From NCBI GenBank assembly GCA_951406725.2, contig OX597842.1, positions 17,112,001 to 17,176,000 of the forward strand: a stretch of 64,000 nucleotides of DNA. The letters are read 5' to 3'. Below, piece by piece: positions 1 to 14,030 of the stretch. Source of the stretch: Octopus vulgaris. Its lineage: Eukaryota. The stretch's first letter is position 1. The number at the start of each line of letters is the position of its first letter. Under the pieces are notes generated by a model. That model ran no database searches. It was not told the origin of the DNA and was given only the letters and a program-made list of their open reading frames with translations. A program made the position numbers and the translations under genes.

Positions 1-60
1 ATTTTAATACACGCACACACACACACATACACACACACACACACACACACATACACACAC

Positions 61-440
61 ATTCGCATTTTTTCCCTTCTTATGCTTAATATATTTTCTG
101 AAATATTCTGTTGCACACAAAGACAAGTTTATGTATTTGCTTTCCCAATGTAATATTCAAAGAGTGATTATTCTATGTTGTTTCTTTGCTGTTCTAATTT
201 TTCCTCAGTGATTCATTTATTTATTTTATTGTTGTTAAATAAAATATTTTCATCTGTGAAAAAGACTCGTCTGTCATATTTCTGAAACACTTTTCTCTCT
301 ATCAACTACAACATACAACATTAATGTTAAAGGGGTGACTCCACCGTAAGGAATCTTATTTAGCAACTGACCGAACCAACGATTAAATGGACTTCTACAA
401 ACATTTTAAGACTTGAGATCTATACAACCATTCACCCCAC
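61..440 (+). repeat. Duplicated 3' flank of the PAN-like gene family, in inverted orientation
   Basis: Reverse complement of about 25590-25985 and more weakly of about 7800-8420. Both of those lie just downstream of the minus-strand gene copies. Confidence 0.8.
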
Positions 441-453
441 CCTCTCTCTCTGT

Positions 454-762
454 GAGCTGGTTGAATCGTTAGCACGCGAAACTTAGCGATATTTCATCTG
501 TCGCTACGTTGTGAGTTCAAATTCCGCCGAGGTTGACTTTGCCTTTCATCCTTTCGGGATCGATAATTTAAGTACCAATTACGCACTGGGATTGATATAA
601 TCGACTTAATCCCTTTGTCTGTTCTTGTTTGTCCCATCTGTGTTTAGCCCCTTTTTGGGTAGTGAATAAATAGGTATTTCGTCCGCTAAAGGCGGCGAGC
701 TTGCAGAAACGTTTGCACGCCGGGTGAAATGCGTAGCCGTATTTCGTCTGCCGTTACGTTCT
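454..762 (+). mobile_element. tRNA-derived SINE, family B (other copies about 7568-7786, 7926-8110, 15310-15490 -, 15960-16332 -, 25380-25586 -, 27953-28190, 41365-41580)
   Basis: Recurrent GAGCTGGCAGAA...GAGTTCAAATTCC head (A/B-box-like) followed by GACTTTGCCTTTCATCCTTTCGGGGTCGATAAATTAAGTACCAG. From memory this resembles the Meta central domain. Confidence 0.8.
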
Positions 763-765
763 GCT

Positions 766-1700
766 GTGAGAAATCCTTTACTCGGAAATCAAATCTTGTT
801 ATTCACAAAAGACCTCACACACTAGAACGCCTTTGACTTTTTGAAGTTTGTGGGAAATACTTTATTTCTGATGATAATTTAAACAAACGAATCCATGTTT
901 AACAGATGTTAATTTATGTTTAATTTATGTTAGTTTAAGTTTAATAAATGTTAATTTATGCTCCAAACACCAGCTGAATAGGGACAAAGATATTTTACTA
1001 AATGATTCCTTATTTTCAAAATTAATTGAAACAAAGACAGTGTTCATCAACAGAATATGGTAATGAAAGGGTTAAAGTGATCTAAATGAAAACATTTCCT
1101 TAAAATTTCATAATATTTTATGTTCGAAACATCAACTTCATAATGAAAAAAGTTATTTTATTCAAATCTTTAATATTTTCAAAATTAATTGAAAGAAAGG
1201 GCAACAGAAATATGGTAAGAAAAGGGTTCAAAAATAAACCTTCCATCAAAATTTCAAGTTAGTTTGTTGAGAAAACGAGAGAGTGAAGGAGGAAAGTGGA
1301 AGGTAAAAGGGTCCTTCATCAGAAAATGTTTCAATTTAAAAGCATCTCTCTGATGTGTCTTTGTCTGTGAATGACTAAAGTACTGATTTCATGAATGATT
1401 TCCTGCAAATCTCACAGCAAAATGTTGGAAATACTTTATTTCTGATGGAAATTTAAACAGACACAAACGAATCTACACTGGCTAAAAATCCTATCCGTGT
1501 CAGACATGTGGGAAGTGATTCTCGGCTAAATCTCATTTGGTTATTCATATCCGAAGTCAGACACGAGAAAACCCATATCTTTGTGACGTATGTAGGAAAT
1601 CGTTGGTTTCTGTCAGTTACTTAAACAGACACAAATTGATACACGCCGGAGAAAAATCATTTCGTTGTGAAATTTGCGGTAAATCTTTTCTTGACAAGTC
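766..1700 (+). pseudogene. Decayed C2H2 zinc-finger array, interrupted by a repeat at about 900-1420
   Basis: Manual translation gives CEKSFTRKSNLVIHKRPH (about 766-820) and CWKYFISDGNLNRHKRIYTG*KSYPCQTCGK*FSAKSHLVIHIRSQTRENPYLCDVCRKSLVSVSYLNRHKLIHAGEKSFRCEICGKSF (1423-1690). These are C2H2 fingers with TGEKP-like linkers and in-frame stops. Confidence 0.85.
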
Positions 1701-1701
1701 A

Positions 1702-1860
1702 TAGGAGTGGCTGTGTGGTAAGTAGCTTGCTTGAACACTACAGCGTTCCAGGTTCAGTCCCACTGCGTGGAACCTTGGGCTGGTGTTTTTTACTATAGCC
1801 TCGGGCCGACCAGAGCCTTGTGAGTTGATTTGGTAGACGGAAACTGAAAGAAGCCCGTCT

Positions 1861-1908
<48 letters not shown>

Positions 1909-2518
1909 GACAGACAGAGAGAGAGAGATAGGTACAGGAGTGGCTGTGTGGTAAGTAGCTTGCTTACCAACCACAAGGTTCCAGCTTCATTCCCACTGCG
2001 TGGCACCTTCGGCGAGTGACTTCTACTATAGCCTCGTGCCAAATAAAGTCTGGTGAGTGGATTTGGTAAACGGAAACTAAAAGAAGCCTGTCGTATATAT
2101 GTATATATATATGTATATATTTATGTATATATATATAGGTGTAGGAGTGGCTGTGTGGTAAGTAGCTTGCTTACCAACCACAAGGTTCCAGGTTCATTCC
2201 CACTGCGGGGCACCTTGGGCAAGTGACTTCTGCTATAGCATCGGGCCAAACAAAGTCTTGTGAGTGGATTCAGTAGATGGAAACTGAAAGAAGCCCGTCG
2301 TATATATGTATGTATATATATATATATATAGGCGCAGGAGTGGCTGTGTGGTAAGTAGCTTGCTTACCAACCACAAGGTTCCGGGTTCATTCCCACTGCG
2401 TGGCACCTTGGGCGAGTGTCTTCTACTATAGCATCGGGCCAAACAAAACCTTGTGAGTGGATTTGATAGACGGAAACTGAAAGAAGCCTGTTGTGTATAT
2501 GTATGCATGTATGTATGT

Positions 2519-2558
<40 letters not shown>

Positions 2559-2725
2559 AGGCGCAGGAGTGGCTGCTGTGTGGTAAGTAGCTTGCTTACC
2601 AACCACAAGGTTCCAGGTTCAGTCACGCTGCATGGCACCTTGGGCGAGTGACTTCTACTATAGCCTCGGGCAAAACAAAGCCTTGTGAGTGTATTTGGTA
2701 GATGTAAACTGAAAGAAGCCCATCG
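1702..2725 (+). mobile_element. Head-to-tail array of five tRNA-derived, CORE-like SINE heads (family A) separated by microsatellites
   Basis: Five units of about 160 bp (about 1702, 1930, 2138, 2331, 2559). Each has TGGCTGTGTGG (A box), GGTTCAGTCCC or GGTTCATTCCC (B box) and CACCTTGGGCAAGTG (CORE-like), followed by (TA)n or (GA)n. A sixth copy is at 3801-3967. Confidence 0.88.
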
Positions 2726-3735
2726 TATATATGTACTGTATGTATATTTAGCCCAAAAACATACTGTAACGCCAGAACTGTAGTCTATAGTATAAGATGT
2801 ATAGAGGGGCGATGCAGTAACAAGACAACGACATACGTAGGGGAAACGGCAAGAAGCATAAGAGAGCGGGTAAATGGGCATTGGAGACAACTCAAGAAAG
2901 GTAAAAGCTCATCGATTCTCTACCAGCACGCCGAACAGGAACACGGGGGATCAATCAACAACATAGAAATTAAAATATTGTCCACACATAGAACAGATGC
3001 AACAATCAGACAAATTACAGAAGCTACACACATAATAGGAAATAAACCTAGCCTGAATAGAAAACAAGAATGGAACACTAACACACACCACAACATATAA
3101 CGGTAAAGGATCCCAAAAACATAATAAATACACAGATAAATAAACAAATAGAAATAAATAACTATATATATATATTTTTTATTTATTATTTTTATTACTA
3201 GTATTATTGTTATACATACATACATACATACAAGCATATGTAATGTTAATAATAAGTGGATGTAAACACATGAACAAAATAAGAATAAACAAAAACAACA
3301 ACAACAAAAACAAATTACATGAACGTATATAAACAGTAGATACAAATATTACAGGCATCCCCCAATCACATACTAAATAAACATACACAAACATAGAGAT
3401 ATAAGCATGCGCAAATGAAGACATACAATAGAAAGACAAAATGCTAACGGTTAGTAAGGAGCGACACAAATATGAAAGAAGAAAACAAAGATCCACTGAT
3501 GCGGTCAGAGGAGTGTGACGAAAGAACTCTGGTCGAAATAAGATTAAGATTAATGTAAAAAATAAATAACACTGAAGAAAAGTTACACCAAATATATAGT
3601 GCGTGTGTTTTTATTGGCTAAACTGGCAAAATTACCATTCCGAAATATAAAAATATCTGTTTCAATACACGACTTTACATAAAAAATCTTGCACAACAAA
3701 TATATAAACGTATATATATATATATATATATATAT

Positions 3736-3803
<68 letters not shown>

Positions 3804-3966
3804 GTGCAGAAGTGGCTGTGTGGTATGTAGCTTGCTTACCAACCACAAGGTTCCGGGTTCATTCCCACGTCGTGATACCTTGGGCATGTGTCTTCTACTA
3901 TTGCCTCGGGCCAACCAAAGCCTTGTGAGTAGATTTTGGTAGACGGAAACTGACAGAAGCCCATCG

Positions 3967-3993
<27 letters not shown>

Positions 3994-3999
<6 letters not shown>

Positions 4000-4251
4000 A
4001 TCACGTGACCGACAAGACCATCAGTTGTTGTTACACATCGCTGGTCACAATGCGTTCGCATTGTTTTAGCCTTTGAATGACGCCACCCCGCTGGCTAAGT
4101 TAGCAGACCAACAGAGCACCCCCTGCCGGAGCGTCGTGGAACTTTTGGGTGTTTTCGCTCAATAAACACTCACAACGCCCGGTCTGGGAATCGAAACCGC
4201 GATCCTACAACCGCGAGTCCGCTGCCCTAACCACTGGGCCATTGCGCCTCC
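3994..4251 (-). mobile_element. tRNA-derived SINE, family C (second copy 26716-27008 -)
   Basis: Minus strand begins GGAGGCGCAATGGCCCAGTGGTTAGGGCAG...GGTTTCGATTCCC (A/B boxes). A closely similar copy is at 26.7-27.0 kb. Confidence 0.8.
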
Positions 4252-4304
4252 ATATATATATATATATATATACACATATATATATATATATATGTATATA
4301 TATG

Positions 4305-4336
<32 letters not shown>

Positions 4337-4362
4337 TATATATATATGTATATATATGTATA

Positions 4363-4403
<41 letters not shown>

Positions 4404-4414
4404 TCAGGAAGCTC

Positions 4415-4467
<53 letters not shown>

Positions 4468-4559
4468 GCGCAGGAGTGGCTTGGCAGTAAGTAGCTTGCT
4501 TATCAACCACAAGGTTATATATATATATAGATGTATATATATATATATATGTCATCCCA

Positions 4560-7500
4560 ATACTTTTACTAAATATTGGGGGCCTGTTGCATCAAAATAG
4601 AAACAAAATTTCTATCCTGAGAGATATTTCTGCATGCAATCAAGCCCTATGCATAGCACTTGTGGAAGCTCACCTCAACCTTGATATAGAGGACGCAGAA
4701 GTACACATACCAAACTATGCCATACTGCGAACAGACAGAAGGGAAAGGAGCCATGGTGGAGTTGCTGTATACATCCGAGATGACCTCACACCCCAGGTCT
4801 TGATGACATACTCAAATTCGGTATGTGACACCTTAATTGTATACATAAGACAACATAATATAGTCATATGCAATACACATTGCCCACCGGATGCCCCAAA
4901 TCACATAGGCAAGTTTGAAGATTGCCTCACAAGAATTAAAGAAATCCTCATGAATCTCGAACAACACGTGACCTTATGGGTGATTTCAACTTCCCCAACG
5001 TCAAATGCCCCGAAGGTCACATACTCTCAGGAATGAATCATTGCAAGAAAGTACAGGTGGAGTCCCTGCTCAACCTCACCAATGCCTTATTCATGGAGCA
5101 AGTTGTACTCAAGCCAACTAGGGCGAATAACATTCTGGATCTCTGCTTCACGAACAATATGGACATCATTCATGATGTGAAAGTGACACCGACATCAGTT
5201 TCGGATCACAACATAATAGAGCTGTCTATGTTTGGGCCGAAAGTAACCAGAGACATACAGCCTAAAGGAAGCACCCGAAATATCTCCAATCTAAACTTCC
5301 ACAAAGCAGATTGGAAATCGATCCAAAAAGAGATCCTCAGAGAGGACTGGCCGGAATGTCTCTCCACACCAGACATTGACATGAAACTAGAATGTTTCAT
5401 GTCTTCTGTGCAAGCCGTATGCCAGAAATATGTCCCAGAGCACAAGGCCAAAACAAATAGGAGCAAGATTCCAAGAGACAGGAAGATCCTCATGAGACGA
5501 CGGACGAAGGTTGCAAATCGTCTCAACCAACAACCCAAAAGTAGCGAAGCGTCCTGCCTAAAAACAACACTGATGGAGATCGAAAAAAGGCTGCAACAAT
5601 CCTTTGTGAAGGAGAAAGCAGACAAAGAAGCCTGGGTTATAAAAAACATTAAATCAAACCCAAAAGCCTTCTTTCATTACGCGAAAGAAACAGTCTCAGT
5701 GCACTACAAGATAGGACCCCTCCTCCAAAAGGATGGCTCCTTCACAGACAGTCCAACTATGATCAGTGAGATGCCGAATGACCAGTTCAAAAGTGTCTTT
5801 ACCACCCCGTTGGAACACAGACAAGTGAACGAACCAGTGGACTTCTTTGCCGCCTCACCTATAACCAGCGAGGCGGTTACAATAGAATGTATTGACATTA
5901 GCGAAAAAGATGTCCTACTAGCCATAGATGAAGTGGACACAAACTCAGCTGCTGGTCCAGAGGGTTTCCCAGTCATCCTCCTCAAAGCGTGTAAGCATGC
6001 CCTGGCAAACCCCTCAAGATTCTCTTCCAGAGCTTTCTTGCGAATGGCAAACTGCCAAGCAAGCTGAAGGAGGGAATAATATGCCCAATACATAAAGGGG
6101 GTAGTAGAGCAGATGCCAAAAACTATAGGCCTATCTCTCTCACTTCACACATCAGCAAAGTCATGGAACGGATAGTCTGAAAGAAACTAATCGCATTCCT
6201 TGAGGAAAATAACTTGCTGAGTAATACTCAGCATGGTTTCCGACCAAGTAGGAGCTGCCTGACCCAGCTCTTACAGCATTATGACTGGGTGTTGAGGCAG
6301 TTACTCAACAAATCAAATGTGGACGTAATCTACCTTGATTTTGCAAAAGCTTTTGACAAGGTGGATCATGGTATGATATGCCACAAACTACGTGACCTCG
6401 GCATAGCTTGAAAACTTGTGTGGTTGCATGACTTCCTGAAAGATAGGAGTCAGGCAGTAGTGGTTAATGGAGCCACCTCTATGAACACACAAATAGTGAG
6501 CTGTGTTCCACAGGGCACTGTCTTGGGACCACTGCTTTTTATAGTGGCTCTCTTAGATATGCCCTCAAGTTCCCGGATAGCCACTCTGGCCAGCTATGCA
6601 GACGATACGAAAGTCTCACAGAAAATACAGAACCCCAGCGATGTTGCACACCTGCAGCAGGAGTTGGACTCAATCTGCAGATGGGCTGAGGATGATAATA
6701 TGCAGTTTAATGCTGAAAAATTCCAGGCCCTGCGCTACCAGCATCCAAAACTGAATATTAAACTTACAGGATACACCGGTCCACAGAGAATTTCAATCCC
6801 AGAGCCTAAGTCTGTGAGGGACCTGGGTATCGACATGAGTGATGATACCTCTTTCCAAGTGCACATTACCAGGATGGCGACAAAGTGCAGACGACTGGCT
6901 GGATGGATCCTAAGAACATTCAGAACCAGAGATAAGAAAACCATGATGGTTCTCTGGCGGACATTCGTCCTCAGTCGCCTGGATTACTGCTCACAGCCAT
7001 GGTCATCCACCAGTGTAAAATTAACAGCGGACCTTGAAGCAATCCAGAGAAGATTCACAAAGAAGATCATCTCTTTGCAACAGCTCAGCTACTGGGAAAG
7101 GTTGAAACAGCAAAGACTCTACTCCCTCGAGAGAAGACGGGAGAGGTATGCAGTAATATATGTCTGGAAGATCCTGGAAGGAATTGTGCCCAATTTTGGC
7201 ATTGTAAGCTACACCAATGCTAGAACGGGACGACGCTGCATAGTGCCAAAGATCCCAGCAATGCCATCACGCTTCAGGACCAGCTTCTGCAACAGCCTTG
7301 GTTTCAAGGGCCCACAGCTTTTTAATATTCTCCCAAAGAGTCTGAGGAACTTGCACAAAGTGGATGTAGCGGTTTTTAAATCAAAGCTGGACATCTTCCA
7401 GTCAAGAGTCCCAGATGAACCTACCTCACGACAGGAGGTGCAAATGAGAGTAGCTATATCAAACTCCATTCTTCACCAAGTGCCACATATTAGACGAGGT

Positions 7501-7570
7501 TCGTCGTAATAACAGTGTAGCACAAGGAGAGCAGTGCATCAGCATGGCCGCAGCTCTGAGCTGAAACTTG
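4560..7570 (+). mobile_element. Non-LTR retrotransposon (LINE, CR1/L2-like group) ORF2: APE endonuclease plus reverse transcriptase, broken by frameshifts and stops
   Basis: APE motifs (HGGVAVYI, GDFNFP, LDLCF, SDHN) in ORFs 4587-6067. RT motifs ([38 protein letters not shown]) in ORFs 6214-7509. TGA at 6178-6180 and 6409-6411. Confidence 0.93.
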
Positions 7571-8880
7571 GCAGAAGCGTTAGCACGCCGGGCGAAATGC
7601 GTAGCCGTATTTCGTCTGTCGTTACGTTGTGAGTTCAAATTCCGCCGAGGTCGACTTTGCCTTTCATCATTTCGGGGTCGATAAATAAAGTGCCAGTTAC
7701 GCACTGGGGTCGATGTAATCGACTTAATCCGTTTGTCTGTCCTTGTTTGTCCCCTCTATGTTTAACCCCTTGTGAGCAATAAAGAAATATATAGAGAGAG
7801 AGATGGGGGCGTGGTGAATGGTTGTGTAGATCACAGATCTTAAAAACGCTGTACAAGAGTTGAGGAACTTGTTTCAATCGTTGCCTGGGTCAGTTGACAA
7901 ATAAGAATCCTCACGTCGGAGGCTGTGAGCTGGCCGAATCGTTAGCACGCTGGACGAAATGCTTAGCGGCCTTTTGTCTATCTTCACGTTTTCAGTTCAA
8001 ATTCCACCGAGGTTGACTTTACATTTCATCCTTTCGGGGTCGATAAAATAAGTACTGGTTGAGTGCCGGGGTCGATTTATCCCCTCCTTGAAATTGTCGG
8101 CCTTCTGGTAAAATTTGAAATCAGTATTTCTCACGTAGGGATCACCCATTTAATATAAATGTTGATATAACGAAGAACGGGAATTATTTTAGAAATATGA
8201 CAGACAATTCTTTTTTCTCAGATAAAAATGTTTTATTTTACAACAATAAAAAGAATAACTGGGTTACAGAGAAAGGAGTACAAGAGTAAAGTAACCAGAA
8301 AGAATAGTTACTCTTTCAAATATTTAATTCGGAAATATTTCATTCGAATATATTACATTCGTGCGTCGCGGAGTGTTTCCCATTCGTGCACCACAGAAAT
8401 CATATTAAATACATGACAGAAAAATATGTGATTGTGTATGTGTGTGTGTGTGTTTATGGACTTTGGGTGGCGGTGGAGTGAAATATCTTGCATTTCCGAG
8501 TTAAACAACGATCTAAACTGATGATGGATGAACTCTGAAAAAAAGAATTTAGCAAGATATCTTTTTCATATTGTAAAATAGATTGAAGTGCCCTCTTTAG
8601 GATTTTGTTGAACGTGCCAGAGAGTTAACAGTGATTGGTTAAAAATACTGCAACAGACAGGTCACTTATTGAAGTCTCACTGTATTAAAAAATTCTCCTT
8701 ACTATACGCTATCACATAAAAAATATGTACTTGTAATATCCGTGGTGTGATCAATAAGTATCCGGACTGTTGCCATAGTAACGAAGCTAAAGCATACAGT
8801 GATGTCACTTGGCACAGATTGACGGTGAACTCTGCTCTGTATGTGCAACAAGTTTTAACGTTCCATCTCAATTCTGCTGT

Positions 8881-8924
<44 letters not shown>

Positions 8925-8938
8925 GTATCTATCAATCC

Positions 8939-8969
<31 letters not shown>

Positions 8970-8993
8970 AATCCATCTATCTAAATATCTATA

Positions 8994-9071
<78 letters not shown>

Positions 9072-9158
9072 ATATATATATATATATACATATATCTATA
9101 TATATATATATATAGATATTTCTATAGATATATGTATATATATATATATACAAACATA

Positions 9159-9214
<56 letters not shown>

Positions 9215-9473
9215 CATATATTTGGCTACCTCTCTCTCTTTCAAAACTCTCTGTATGTTTGTCTGCCTGTCTATCTCTCTCTCTCTCTCTATCTATCTAT
9301 TTATCTATCTATCTATTTATCTATCTATCTAATCTTTCTATCTAATTCTCTCTCTCCGTCTCTCTGTATCTATCTATCTACATGAATATGGTTATGTATG
9401 TACTTACATATGTATGTATTTATGTATGTATGTATGTAAAAATATGCATGTGTGTAGATATGTATGCACTTAC

Positions 9474-9504
<31 letters not shown>

Positions 9505-9811
9505 TGTATGTATGTATGTATGTATGTATGTATGTATGGATCTATGTATGTATGTATGTATGTACGTATGTATGTATGTATTTATGTATGTATGTAAAAA
9601 TATGTAATTTCTGGAATTGTATATGTATTCTATTTTAAAAGTACTGAGAAGACCAGTTGTGAGTAACGCCAGGCCACATCTGAAAAACACGAAAGGATAG
9701 ATTTATTAAAAATTTATTAAATTAACTCAATGCCCACACGCATATCTCGCTCTCACTCTCTATCTATGTATTAGCTATCTATCTATCAACCTATCTATAT
9801 TTAAATATGTA

Positions 9812-9883
<72 letters not shown>

Positions 9884-10294
9884 TGAAGTTGTGTGAGAGT
9901 CTGTCTCCTCCGATTTAGATTCCTAACTACTCCCACATTTTGCGGTGCAGTTTAACCAAAAGCGGGTATCTTATAGTCGTGATTCATATCGAGCCCTTCT
10001 GGGTATTAGCGCGCGTCTACGATGAGTCTACGATGATAAGAAAAAATTACCATCCTTTTTTCGCATTTTTAATGCATTTTTGCTCGGTTTATATAAGGGA
10101 AGTAGCTCTCTAAATCCATTTAAAGAGATATAATATTAAAAGACACTGTATACTTGAAAACTAAGCGAAACGAAACAGATATCGATATTTCGTAGTTATT
10201 TTTGCTCATTAGTACCGTTAACTTGCCTCGCTTCCGAAACGAATTCTAATCGCCACTTGAAGAATATGGAAAGAGATGGATAGAAAGATTTACG

Positions 10295-10370
<76 letters not shown>

Positions 10371-10875
10371 ATATCTGTCTATCTGTTTAGCCTTACGAAG
10401 CATCGACATGCTTCCTAGGGCTAAACAGCGGTGGTGTAATTCCCTTACAGGACTGTCACGTTAAGTTGACAGTATACAACCACTCTAAAATATTTATGTT
10501 TTATGTATTCATGTATGAGACAATGCTTATTGAAAACAACAGGTGTTCGCGCGCACGCAAACACAAACACACAAATACACACAAAGGGAATTATACAATC
10601 ACTTGCATTGAAGGTAAGAAGATATATTTTACTTACTACCAGATGGATCTTTCATAGGAATATCGTACTTTTCGACGTTTCCACTTTCTCTATAGGCTTC
10701 TAACGTCCAATTGGTATCAAACTCGGCGCTAAAGTACGGGTAACTGAAACTAATATATTACAATTGATTAATTTAATAAACTTAAACACAAAGAAAACAT
10801 TTTTACGACTTTATTTACAATAATCGGTTCTGTTTAATTAAATCAATGAGTTTATAATTTCATCTCTGATATTAA

Positions 10876-11179
10876 TCTTTATATATAAAAATGAAGTTGT
10901 GTGAGACTCTGTCTCCTCTGATTTAGATTCCTTACTACTCCCACATTTTGCGGTGCAGTTTAACCAAAAGCGGGTATCTTATAGTTGTGATTCATTTCGA
11001 GCTCCTCTGGGTATCAGAGCGCGCCTACGATGAGTCTACGATTTAAAAAAAAATTACCATAATTTTTTCCCATTTTTAATGCATTTTTTGCTCGGTTTAT
11101 ATAAGGGAAGTATCTCTCTAAAAATGCTTATATAGTTATTTCCCTTACAAACCCGAGCAACGCCGGACGATACTGCTAG
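10876..11179 (+). mobile_element. Non-autonomous Helitron (a related 5' portion at about 9870-10130)
   Basis: A|TC 5' end, subterminal GC hairpin CCCGAGCAACGCCGG, 3' CTAG|T and no TSD. It is absent from the paralogous intron of copy 2. Confidence 0.8.
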
Positions 11180-11514
11180 TGTTTTGTATACAATTTGGGA
11201 TCTTTTCGGTTTGAACGGCAGTTTTTTTCTAGCGGTGTCATATAAAATTGGTACCCATAATTATGACCCTAGTATCGATCTATATTGCCGAAGTCGATTT
11301 TGTCTTTTACATATGTGGGGGATCGTTGAAATAATTACCAGTTGTTACTGTTACTGATGCAATCGACTACCCCCCCCCCGCCCCCAACAAGCTATCAGAC
11401 GTTCTGCCTATGGAAGAAATGATTATTATTATGGAATTATAATATTATACAACAATGGGATATAAAGTATATCTGTAAAGTTAGCGTGGGCTGCGGGGTC
11501 ACTCCGAAAACTTC

Positions 11515-11742
11515 TATCTATGACGATTTCATCTCAATCGAAGGAGAGGGGCTTTCTCCGTCCGGGTTGCGGATCCGTGGAATAAGCTGCCGGACGAGAT
11601 AGTGAAGATGCCGACGACCACTCGGTTCAAAGTCTCTCTTGACCAGAAATGGCCTGAACTCTTTGTATGACCACCCTCCCTGTACATAACTCCCTGTCCC
11701 CCTACATGACCTTGCTTTCACTTTTTGAGCCAAAAAAAATTG

Positions 11743-11780
<38 letters not shown>

Positions 11781-12020
11781 CTCTATCTACGGCGATTTCA
11801 TCTCAATCGAAGGAGAGGGGCTTTTTCCGTCCGGGTTGTGGATCCGTGGAATAAGCTGTCGGACGAGATAGTGAAGATGCCGACGACTGCTCGGTTCAAA
11901 GTCTCTCTTGACCAGAAATGACCTGAACACTTTGTATGGCCACCCTTCCTGTACATAACTCCCTGTCCCCCTACATGGCCTTGCTTTTGCTCTTTGAGCC
12001 AATAAAAATTGGATTAAATT
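11515..12020 (+). mobile_element. Two tandem 3'-end fragments of a CR1-like LINE
   Basis: Near-identical units of about 235 bp (11515-11750 and 11785-12020) encoding RRFHLNRRRGAFSVRVxDPWNKL..FKVSLDQK plus a 3' UTR, separated by (TA)n. Confidence 0.75.
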
Positions 12021-12607
12021 ATATACACACAGTGAAAGTGTTCAAAAGAATTACTTATGGAACAATTAGTTGAAGGTGTTAATTATGAATAAGGAGTTTG
12101 TTTATACTTCTTATTGAAAGTAAATTTCAGAATTTTCCAGTCCGGAAATGAATTAAAAAGGATTTTCTCATTATGCAGCCACGATGTAGAATTCATCCCT
12201 GTTCCATTGAAAGTTATAATATGATCAATTTCTTTTCGTTGCATTTGTGGAAAGTAGAAGACCCTGACAAAATCAGAAGAAAAAAAAACAAAAGGTAAAA
12301 ATAGCAAGAATCAATCCCACATCAATGCCATATTGATGTCCTGTGGAGAAATGAAGGGAGACATCTGAACCGGAAATAAAAGAGAAGTGAGATGACGTCA
12401 AGAAACGGGGCTTTTAAACAACCTCTTTCTTGATCAAGACTCAGAGATAAACGGACGTAGGGAGCGGATGCCAGAAGGATTGTAGGTGTTGGGGGTAGGT
12501 ACGCATGTAGGTATGTCCATTATGTTCTTTTGGCCCTGGTGGGGTGTTACTTTATACCCTGTTCTCATGTTCGTCTCGAAGGAGCAGCATTCTTATTTTT
12601 ACCGTCC

Positions 12608-12767
12608 CGCAGGAGTGGTTGTGTGGTGAGTAGCTTGCTTACCAACCACACGGTTCTGGGTTCAGTCCCACTGCGTGGCACCTTGGGCAGGTGTCTTCTA
12701 CTATAGTCCCGGGCCGACCAATGCCTTGTGAGTGGATTTGGTAGACGGAAACTGAAAGAATCCTGTC

Positions 12768-12829
<62 letters not shown>

Positions 12830-13009
12830 ATATGTTTGTGTGTCTGTGTTTGTCCCTCTAGCATTGCTTGACAACCGATGCTGGTGTGTTTATTTCCCCG
12901 TCACTTAGCGGTTCGGCAAAAAGATACCGATAGAATAAGTATTGGGCTTACAAAGAATAAGGTGCTCCTCCAGCATGGCCGCAGTCAAATGACTGAAGCA
13001 AGTAAAAGA

Positions 13010-13015
<6 letters not shown>
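12608..13015 (+). mobile_element. Full-length family A SINE with internal (TA)n(TG)n and LINE-like 3' tail (also 18931-19340)
   Basis: Head as in 1702-2725, then microsatellite, then a body ending CCAGCATGGCCGCAGTCAAATGACTGAAGCAAGTAAAAG. Confidence 0.8.
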
Positions 13016-13073
<58 letters not shown>

Positions 13074-13479
13074 CTACATGTTCGCAAATTTCGACCTAAA
13101 CTTCATCCTTCCACCTCTTCCTTTCAAACTTTAAGACAAACAGCTTTGCTTCCCGACACAGAACCTTCTCATAATCTCTCACCGTCTTCCTCCAACTCAT
13201 GTTTACTCAACCCTATACACCTACACTTATAAACACTCACCATTCTTATTTCAATCTTAGCAGTTAAAACCCCATGTTGTTCTACTTCAAAATATTTATT
13301 CTTAATCGATCCAACTTCAGCTCTTCAAATTCCTCCTTAAATCGCTTTTTTATTAGTTCCCATGCTCACAATCCCTTTCAACTCTTGCGGTCTTCCTACA
13401 CCAACGTACCGATGTCAAGAACGAATCATTCGATATTCTGATTCATTTGTTCAGTCTCCTTTGTAACCTAAAAGTATTC

Positions 13480-14030
13480 CTGTTGTTGTTGTTTGTTCCT
13501 TCTCGAGCCCTGCCTGGTTCATAAGGGCCGGTTTCCCGGTTTCTTGGTGTATAGGTTCTCCACCTGGACGGGACGCCAGTCCGTTGCAGGTGAGCTGCAA
13601 GATGCAGGAGGGAAAAGTGAGAGAAAGTTGTGGCGAAAGAATCAGCAGAAATTTCGCCATTACCTTCTGCCGGAGCCGCGTAGAGCTTATGTGTTTTCGC
13701 TCATAAACACACACATCACCCGGTCTTAGATTCGAACCTGCGATCCCTCGACTGCGAGTCCGCTGCTCTCACCACTAGGCCATGTGCCTCCTCTGAAAGC
13801 CTAGCTAGGCTCATGGGCCCGCTTTCCCGGTTTCAATGGCGTATTTGTGCCCCAGCTGGACGGGACGCCAGTTCATCGCAGCGTTGCTCATTTTTGCCAG
13901 CTGCGTGGACCGGAGCAACGTGAAATGAAGTGTTTTGCTCAAGAATACAACGCGTCGTCTCGTCCAGGAATCGAAACCACAATCTTACGATCATGATGCT
14001 GACACCCTAACCACTAAGCCACGCGCCTCC
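13480..14030 (-). mobile_element. Two adjacent tRNA-derived SINE-like repeats
   Basis: Minus-strand heads GAGGCACATGGCCTAGTGG...GGTTCGAATC and GAGGCGCGTGGCTTAGTGG...GGTTTCGATTCC. Confidence 0.65.

Noticed and set aside
1702-1790. tRNA gene
   Set aside because: A and B boxes are present, but they head multi-copy SINEs and I could not form a complete cloverleaf.
3496-3545. Hammerhead-like CTGATGC...GAAA with an 8-bp stem II
   Set aside because: A9 is substituted and there is no convincing stem I, stem III or cleavage triplet. At most a decayed relic.
3560-3690. Possible additional start exon of the PAN-like family on the minus strand (TTTCGGAATGG)
   Set aside because: No AG acceptor, a stop after six codons, and no recognisable similarity to the family N-terminus.
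5206-6093. Antisense ORFs over LINE and Penelope coding regions (also 30086-30457, 32650-33027, 48460-48831)
   Set aside because: Shadow ORFs opposite genuine RT or endonuclease frames, with no independent motifs.
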